From assembly GCF_964355755.1 (NCBI RefSeq), contig NC_092676.1:14340871-14404870 (forward strand): 64,000 nt of DNA, written 5' to 3'. The position numbers were made by a program, and so were the translations under genes. The notes under the pieces were generated by a model that did no database searches, was not told where the DNA came from, and worked only from the letters and a program-made list of their open reading frames with translations. This stretch comes from Antedon mediterranea. Its lineage: Eukaryota > Animalia > Echinodermata. The first letter of the stretch is position 1, and each line of letters starts with the position of its first letter. Of the stretch, positions 60,701 through 64,000 are shown piece after piece.

Positions 60701-61725
60701 ATACAAGATGCTCCTATCCTTCTAGATCATTCTTTATACTTCTCATTATTACATGATTACAGTTTCTATTAATAGCATACTGGAATGTTCCTGATTGTTC
60801 TTATTAATTATACATGGTTTCTTAAATCCAAACATCTTATTCTAGAATGTTCATGTAAATACTATGTTACTCTATATGTTAGGGAATGGTAATTTATTAC
60901 AGTGTTCACTAGAAATTATTATGTCTCTGCCTTTTTTCGGAAGAGGAATCAGTAATCAATCCTGGTAATCAAATCCTGGCCATCACATAAAGATAATCAA
61001 ACTTTCAAAACATTTTTGCAGAACTAGACAGACCAACATCTTCACAGAATAGTGTCTGAAAGTTGTGAAACATATGCACTCTACAACTAAAGTTAGACCT
61101 AATCTATTTTAAAATAATGTTACTGATTGAAATGCAAGTACACAGACTAGTGTTTGGATAGTCCAGAAAATCATGGATGGATTTATATATTCACTGGGTT
61201 GATAAATCATGTACATATCCTGTGGGTTTATGGACACTACCAAGCTCCGATTGTGCACCAACGTGCTCAACTGCATTCCATTTACCAGTACAGTTAAGGT
61301 GCACAGACTGGGTAATACATAACTTAGGTATTCTTAGTTATGTGAGTACCTACTGTAGACGAAAACAACAAAAATAACCATGTCATAAACCTGTGACTAT
61401 TATATTATTAGTAGTATTTTATTAATTTTGCTAAGCTGAAGTAGCACAGTACAGTATAATAAAAGATTAACATATTGGCCACCAGTCCTCCCACCAACCT
61501 TCCTTTTGTTTTTTGTGTAATTCATCACACACATTGTTACAACATATAGCTGTCCTCAAAACTATAATTTAGATTTTTTTTATATTTTGTAGTTGATGAA
61601 ATGATGGTGACACTACTGGATTCTGGAAATCGAGAGATTGTTTACACCGCATGTGGTGTGCTCATCAATCTAATGGTGGACAAATCAAGGCGTCCAATGC
61701 TAAAATCAGAGGGTGGTATACGCAA
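4985..61725 (+). CDS. ARMC2: Armadillo repeat-containing protein 2 (spliced, 15 coding exons in the window, 3' end beyond it)
   Basis: Exons 4985-5205, 6007-6175, 6536-6653, 7105-7300, 11842-11912, 18584-18682, 31051-31229, 40902-41004, 41697-41869, 43402-43598, 49049-49289, 49543-49729, 59046-59168, 59598-59711 and 61593-61725 join in frame with GT-AG sites (2324 nt). Motifs TSSDIIKQAR..RPFTP, WNTNILPI, CKLIFKISKNKEND, QVTGTLRNL, IKLVRVIANLSIN, EATRVFGNLS and ACGVLINL match my recollection of ARMC2. Confidence 0.92.
6007..6175 (+). CDS. ARMC2: ARMC2 coding exon 2
   Basis: ttatag|C TTG GAT..CAT ATT CCT|gtaag; SLDSAHFLGSDSQP...RLQPINHIP. Confidence 0.85.
6536..6653 (+). CDS. ARMC2: ARMC2 coding exon 3
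   Basis: ttcag|GAA..GAT G|gttagt; open frame EICSS..PPKLPKPP..; phases fit both neighbours. Confidence 0.75.
7105..7300 (+). CDS. ARMC2: ARMC2 coding exon 4
   Basis: tttag|TT CCA..AGA AG|gtatga; PLLPQPLERRNS..RRAHSGPKER; phases fit. Confidence 0.75.
7764..11186 (-). mobile_element. CR1-group LINE, 5'-truncated and internally deleted: esterase ORF1 + APE endonuclease + RT
   Basis: 10710-11186 is SGNH-like (LYISAIPPR..DGLHFN); endonuclease pieces about 9561-10430 (YRPP, DLN, TLID, LSDH); RT 8161-9378 (QSGFR, DFKKAFDTV, GVPQGS, YADD); AATAAA plus (TA)n tail near 7764-7785. Confidence 0.88.
7937..8030. mobile_element. 94-bp Tigger/pogo-like mini-MITE inside the LINE 3' UTR
   Basis: TA|CAGCAGAATCCC ... 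GGGATTCTACTG|TA. Confidence 0.65.
11842..11912 (+). CDS. ARMC2: ARMC2 coding exon 5
   Basis: tttccag|T CAG..TCA G|gtaaca; 71 nt that bridge phase 2 to phase 1. Confidence 0.7.
14305..14631. repeat. Compound (ATT/ATC)n microsatellite, left part
   Basis: Directly visible; continues at 16874-17161 and 18475-18492. Confidence 0.97.
14632..16873. mobile_element. hAT-like non-autonomous element inserted in the microsatellite
   Basis: TIR CAGGGCTGCAAATTAA / TTAATTTGCAGCCCTG; flanks TTATTATC and TTATCATC (8-bp TSD with 1 mismatch, weak evidence inside a microsatellite). Confidence 0.8.
16874..17161. repeat. Compound (ATT/ATC)n microsatellite, middle part
   Basis: Directly visible. Confidence 0.97.
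17162..18474 (+). mobile_element. Tigger/pogo-derived non-autonomous element
   Basis: TA|CAGTCAACTCTCCCAATACCGGAC ... GTCCGGTATTGGGAGAGTTGACTG|TA; remnant transposase start MAKRKRNELDL near 17832. Confidence 0.88.
18584..18682 (+). CDS. ARMC2: ARMC2 coding exon 6
   Basis: ttacag|GT ATT..AAA G|gtatgg; EECLLWNTNILPIVEQL. Confidence 0.85.
19750..20400 (+). mobile_element. Helentron/HINE-like element, partial copy of the family at 43711-46126
   Basis: First ~210 bp align by eye to 43711-43900 (TAGGTTxTATGC..TAACCTTATTGATTCTG); right end approximate. Confidence 0.55.
22310..23553. repeat. Minisatellite built on 21-bp ATGGATAGCACATT(C/A)TTTCAA with higher-order variants; resumes at 27134-27360
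   Basis: Directly visible monomers and recurring longer variant units. Confidence 0.95.
23555..27133 (+). mobile_element. Apparently full-length single-ORF L2-clade LINE (APE endonuclease + RT) with two frameshifts
   Basis: ORFs 23931-24764, 24728-25351 and 25144-27054 tile one EN-RT polyprotein (INTRS, LSETW, GGGVA, GDFN, TLDL, SDH; LDLSAAFDTVDH, VPQGS, YADD, LHWLPV); 3' AGCGCC..GGCGCT hairpin and (TTA)n tail. Confidence 0.93.
27397..27572 (-). mobile_element. Short retroposon 3' fragment with (TTCAA)n tail, possibly a Deu/Nin-domain SINE
   Basis: Absent from the paralogous segment at about 56350-56360; (ATTGA)3 at the left end; family call is from memory only. Confidence 0.45.
31051..31229 (+). 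CDS. ARMC2: ARMC2 coding exon 7
   Basis: ttgtag|AA ACC..TTG GCA|gtaagt; LKIVYKLIDLDSAELSLKASRIVLA. Confidence 0.92.
31495..32460. repeat. ~323-bp tandem repeat (about 2.5 copies) containing an L2 RT fragment, followed by an inverted copy of that fragment
   Basis: GGATTCAGTCTTATTGAAAC recurs near 31512, 31832 and 32150; 32320-32455 encodes SRLDYCNAML..LHWLPVQQ on +, and the reverse complement lies within the units. Confidence 0.85.
32526..33170 (-). mobile_element. Penelope-like RT fragment
   Basis: RIYCLPKIHKPDWPLRPIV and MVSFHVVSLFTK motifs; 'PADKGRATVVLN' near 33130-33165; frameshifted. Confidence 0.8.
33510..34240 (-). mobile_element. Degenerate RTE-clade LINE fragment
   Basis: FSKACSDFGMLINIVKTVILAQG and RLRWSGN..GRPKLCFKDV-like pieces in shifting frames. 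Confidence 0.65.
34400..36340 (+). mobile_element. Cluster of head-to-tail Helentron/HINE-like elements
   Basis: GCGGATAACC + hairpin AACTCGTC..GACGAGTT + CTAGTT ends at 34929, immediately followed by AGGTTATCCGC; further ends near 35990 and 36335. Left boundary approximate. Confidence 0.6.
37660..37912 (+). mobile_element. L2-type LINE 3' end fragment
   Basis: ..FKSVLKTHL then AAGCGCCTTGAG..GCGCTGTATAAAT; its (TTA)n tail appears to resume at 39671. Confidence 0.6.
37913..39672 (+). mobile_element. Helentron/HINE-like non-autonomous element
   Basis: 5' TTTACCTCCGCC with a (GTTT)n tract; 3' GGCGGAGGTA inverted repeat, hairpin CACTC..GAGTG, CTAGTT terminus. Confidence 0.8.
39671..39757. repeat. 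(TTA)n microsatellite
   Basis: Directly visible. Confidence 0.95.
40902..41004 (+). CDS. ARMC2: ARMC2 coding exon 8
   Basis: tttag|TTT GAA..TTA G|gtaagc; NLTSLCKLIFKISKNKENDILF. Confidence 0.92.
41058..41610. mobile_element. Degenerate MITE-like element with GGCCGAGTTGAC-like subterminal repeats
   Basis: AAACCATCTC..AACTCGGC on the left versus GCCGAGATGGTTT and repeated AGTTGACC on the right. Confidence 0.4.
41697..41869 (+). CDS. ARMC2: ARMC2 coding exon 9
   Basis: ttacag|AT TTA..ACA GCT|gtaagt; DALIYCIGALKFLTGN. Confidence 0.92.
42395..43243. mobile_element. Tc2-like (Tc1/mariner-pogo) MITE, copy 1
   Basis: TA|CCGTATATTTCGGTGTATAAGTCGCAC ... GTGCGACTTATACACCGAAATATACGG|TA; second copy at 53231-54068. 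Confidence 0.9.
43402..43598 (+). CDS. ARMC2: ARMC2 coding exon 10
   Basis: ttgtag|ACA ATG..CTC AG|gtaagg; LLLQVTGTLRNLAD..DLMFNISRIL. Confidence 0.92.
43711..46126 (+). mobile_element. Helentron/HINE-like element with nested insertions
   Basis: TAGGTTATATGC at 43713 and GCATATAACCTA at 46083, followed by hairpin AATTCGTCA-TAG-TGATGAATT. Confidence 0.65.
43904..44702. mobile_element. TIR MITE, possibly PIF/Harbinger-ISL2EU-like
   Basis: Perfect 24-bp TIR AATAGACACGTTTCGCGCTCGCGA / TCGCGAGCGCGAAACGTGTCTATT; superfamily call is tentative. Confidence 0.75.
47000..47430 (+). mobile_element. Rex1/Babar-like LINE internal fragment
   Basis: TDWNVF..AETVTAYINFCTD, KPWINKNV..KKRRAF..QKELKRVI. Confidence 0.65.
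49049..49289 (+). CDS. ARMC2: ARMC2 coding exon 11
   Basis: ttgcag|T AAA..ATT GTG|gtaagt; SKLTL..LIVRLCFIMGNLTAKSN. Confidence 0.92.
49543..49729 (+). CDS. ARMC2: ARMC2 coding exon 12
   Basis: ttttag|AAT CAA..CTA G|gtaagt; EDIFIKLVRVIANLSINQDIG. Confidence 0.9.
49994..50486. mobile_element. Tigger/pogo-like MITE
   Basis: TA|CAGTAGAACCT..TTTTACGTAC ... GTACGTAAAA..AGGTTCTACTG|TA. Confidence 0.82.
51525..52752 (+). mobile_element. 5'-truncated Rex1/Babar-clade LINE (RT), disabled
   Basis: LDPLQFAYR, DFQSAFNTIQP, GVPQGTV, LYSLYTAD*, KFADD, KTKEMIIDFR; AATAAA plus (TTATC)n tail. Confidence 0.88.
53172..54638. mobile_element. Kolobok-type MITE family A, copy 2, split by a Tc2-like MITE
   Basis: TTAA flanks; matches 2424-3049; the empty TTAA site is visible in the paralogue near 57445. 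Confidence 0.9.
53231..54068. mobile_element. Tc2-like MITE, copy 2
   Basis: Same TIRs as 42395-43243; TA duplicated relative to the empty site at about 2480. Confidence 0.92.
56036..56613 (-). repeat. Inverted, more diverged partial copy of the satellite-bearing element
   Basis: Reverse complement of about 27140-27912 without the 27397-27572 insert; TTGAAAGAATGTGCTATCCAT monomers. Confidence 0.85.
56614..58730 (-). mobile_element. Fragmented CR1-group (Crack/Daphne-like) LINE RT, interrupted
   Basis: MRPISLT, KAFDHINH, PQGTILGP and RWKYVDD in 57970-58730; C-terminal IQKRSVRII..RYQKSTIPFL in 56614-56900. Confidence 0.72.
57260..57969 (-). mobile_element. hAT-like non-autonomous element, copy 2 (inverted, without the nested insertions)
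   Basis: Ends ..GGCTACGGCCCTG at 57969; homologous to 51409-51500, 52780-53170 and 54643-54820. Confidence 0.7.
59046..59168 (+). CDS. ARMC2: ARMC2 coding exon 13
   Basis: ttctag|TT TTG..GAA A|gtaggt; EELVLNTVVTINNLAYY. Confidence 0.9.
59598..59711 (+). CDS. ARMC2: ARMC2 coding exon 14
   Basis: tttcag|TG TTA..AAA G|gtaatt; GMVEATRVFGNLSRS. Confidence 0.92.
60502..60987 (-). mobile_element. Possible solo LTR
   Basis: TGTGA..TCACA termini, TATATAAAG on - near 60695, ATTAAA on - near 60565; no TSD seen. Confidence 0.3.
61593..61725 (+). CDS. ARMC2: ARMC2 coding exon 15
   Basis: ttgtag|TT GAT..CGC AA|gtatgt; LLDSGNREIVYTACGVLINL..EGGIRK. Confidence 0.92.
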
Positions 61726-62802
61726 GTATGTGTTCCTTAAGTCAGGGTCTTTGATAAAATGTCCTGTTAAAGTAGAACTGAGGAATCTGTATATTAGTTT
61801 ATGTAAGGGCAAATTTCGGTAAATCTCATAATGGTATAGAAAGTTAGTAGATACTTTTGGTACTGATTTTAAACACTAAATAAATTTGCCTTGAGTTAAG
61901 GTGTTTTCCGCTACACAGTGTATGTGGCTGTTGATGCTTTTACATGCACACACAATACAAGGATGCTTCGCTGCGGGCTATCTCTGTTTACAATAAATGT
62001 TTTTAAGTGCTGGGTTGATCTTGTTTATCACGTTAATTCTGGTTAACATGCTCTCTCGGAGAGCCTGTTAATTATCATTATCTTACGAAGTTATCATGAT
62101 ATTTTAGACACCGTTAAATTCAACCAATCAGCTCTTGGTTATTTACTGCGTCATCGGCCACCCACCGGAACAATTCACCATTGTTGTTGTTTTGATTTCT
62201 TTGATCGCCAGATTCAACAAATTGCTTAGGTTTAACCCACGATATTATTTCGGACATCATACATCACGTTAGACGATTAAAGAATGAAATACCGAAATCA
62301 GAAGAACGAACCAGAAAGTAATGTGAAACAGCCAGGACTATTTCGAAAGCTAGCCTAGACCGTCCAACCCACACTCGATCCACCACAAAGGCATGCACAA
62401 CCTTACGAACAGGCTGACACTTCTGCTATGAATGAGTGAATATATATGTCCCCGTTCAATCTGTCGTGCAAATAAAGAGTGTACGGTGTAATGTTTGTTT
62501 GTGTAAATAAATCACTTACCAACTCCATTTTCAAACAAGATCAGATTTTTATAGTTAAAATCATGTGTTTTGAAACCTAAAGTTCTGCAAAATTAATAAA
62601 TATCATCGATTTTGCACGTTCTTTATTAGTGCCGAAATTTAACAACTTCGGAAAGGTAAGCGTGAGTGAGGTGAAATTACAGACGGGCCAAGTTTGTTTT
62701 CAAATTAATTCACGCTTGCTACTTGGCCTACTTTTTGACACAAAATATTTGAGGCAAAGATGCCATGGCTCATCCGCAAGAGAACCATGGCCTATTAGTT
62801 AA

Positions 62803-63150
62803 AGATGTATTGTCCCTCAAAAACATGAAAAATGAAGATTAATTAAATCAGACTTTGAATATGGTATTTTGTAGTTTTAATAAAGTTAATCACTTCAATA
62901 GAAAAAATACGAAAGAAAATCACGTTTTCACTTATAAAATGACAAAATAAATGTTAAAATTTAACCAAAAATCAATTGGCTGCAGGCAGCCAATTTGACA
63001 ATTTTTTTGCTTTAAATTACCTTTTTTTCAGTATAAATACATTTTTTTTTCGATCCAATTTTAGGTCAAAGTGGATAACTATTATGTTACATTAAAAATG
63101 GAATATTAAAAAAAAATTAAGAATTCTTTTTTCAGGGGGACAATACATCT
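62803..63150. mobile_element. Kolobok-type MITE family B, short copy
   Basis: TTAA|AGATGTATTGTCCC ... GGGACAATACATCT|TTAA. Confidence 0.87.
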
Positions 63151-64000
63151 TTAATATTATTTGTTATCTTAGGCCTGCTGGCTATCTACTACATAGAGGC
63201 CCACACTACAAAAACAAATCATCAATCCCTTCCTATGTGTGCTCCGAACATGTGTGTTTGGCCTTTCACTCATTAGCATACTTAAATCACGATGTTAAAT
63301 TCTATGTGAACGCTCTTCCTGTTAACATGATATTCTATATCACGATACGAAAGCACGATAAAATCTTGTGAACATGGCTAATGACAAAGTGGTTGAGTAG
63401 AGAAACATTAACAATATATTTATACAAATAATTCAAAGACAACTAACAAAGTAATTTACATTAGTACACACACATTTAAAAAAACGCAACTATCTACCAA
63501 ACATACAGTATATATAAAAAATGGAAGATATTAAAGGTAAAAGATACTCAATACTTAATCAGTAATATTTTGGATTGAATTTTTTAAAATTGGAAGTGTC
63601 ATAGATTTTTAGTTTGTTTTTGTGTCATTTGAAAGTTTGTTCCATAATTTGATAATTTTTCCCAGTTACTTTTGTTCTAGTTTCAGTTGGTAAAAGATTC
63701 CATTCTTTCCTTGATCTGTATTTAAAGGTTCTTTTACCTTGAGCATTTTTCCAATTTCATTTCGTTTCAAATAGTAAACAAACAACAAATCTTGTATTAC
63801 ACGTTTTTAATAGAAAAAATCAATATTTAAGAGTTTAATGTCATCAGCAAACACAAAAAAAATTATAAAAAGTTGGAATAAAACAAAAATCAGTAATACA
63901 TAAATTGAAGAAAAGGAGACCCAAAATAGAACTCTGAAGAAGTAATCAAGCCATTCAGATGATTGTATCAGATTATTGTGTCTACCTATCTAGTATTTCC

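Overview
AT-rich, intron-rich animal genomic DNA. The repeat families and style suggest a marine invertebrate, possibly an echinoderm (inference). It is not prokaryotic. One host gene dominates the window: a + strand armadillo-repeat gene that I identify as ARMC2, with 15 phase-consistent GT-AG coding exons from 4985 to 61725 (about 774 codons), continuing past the right edge. Head-to-head with it at the left edge is a spliced, disabled THAP + DDE transposase of Kolobok type (- strand, 2382 to <78). The introns are packed with nested mobile DNA: TTAA-flanked Kolobok MITEs; Tc2-, Tigger-, hAT- and Harbinger-like MITEs; Helentron/HINE-like elements; several LINE clades; and a Penelope fragment. 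The most interesting signals are (1) paralogue-supported TA>TAGGCCTA / TAGCCTA / TACAGTA micro-insertions that look like pervasive transposon excision footprints, (2) a 32-bp-TIR element carrying a higher-order 21-bp satellite that adjoins a LINE 3' end at both of its loci, (3) a near-intact single-ORF L2 whose 5' end is complementary to the loop of its 3' hairpin, and (4) a tandem unit combining a tRNA-like promoter with a long palindrome. All family assignments come from motif recognition by eye; no database search was run.
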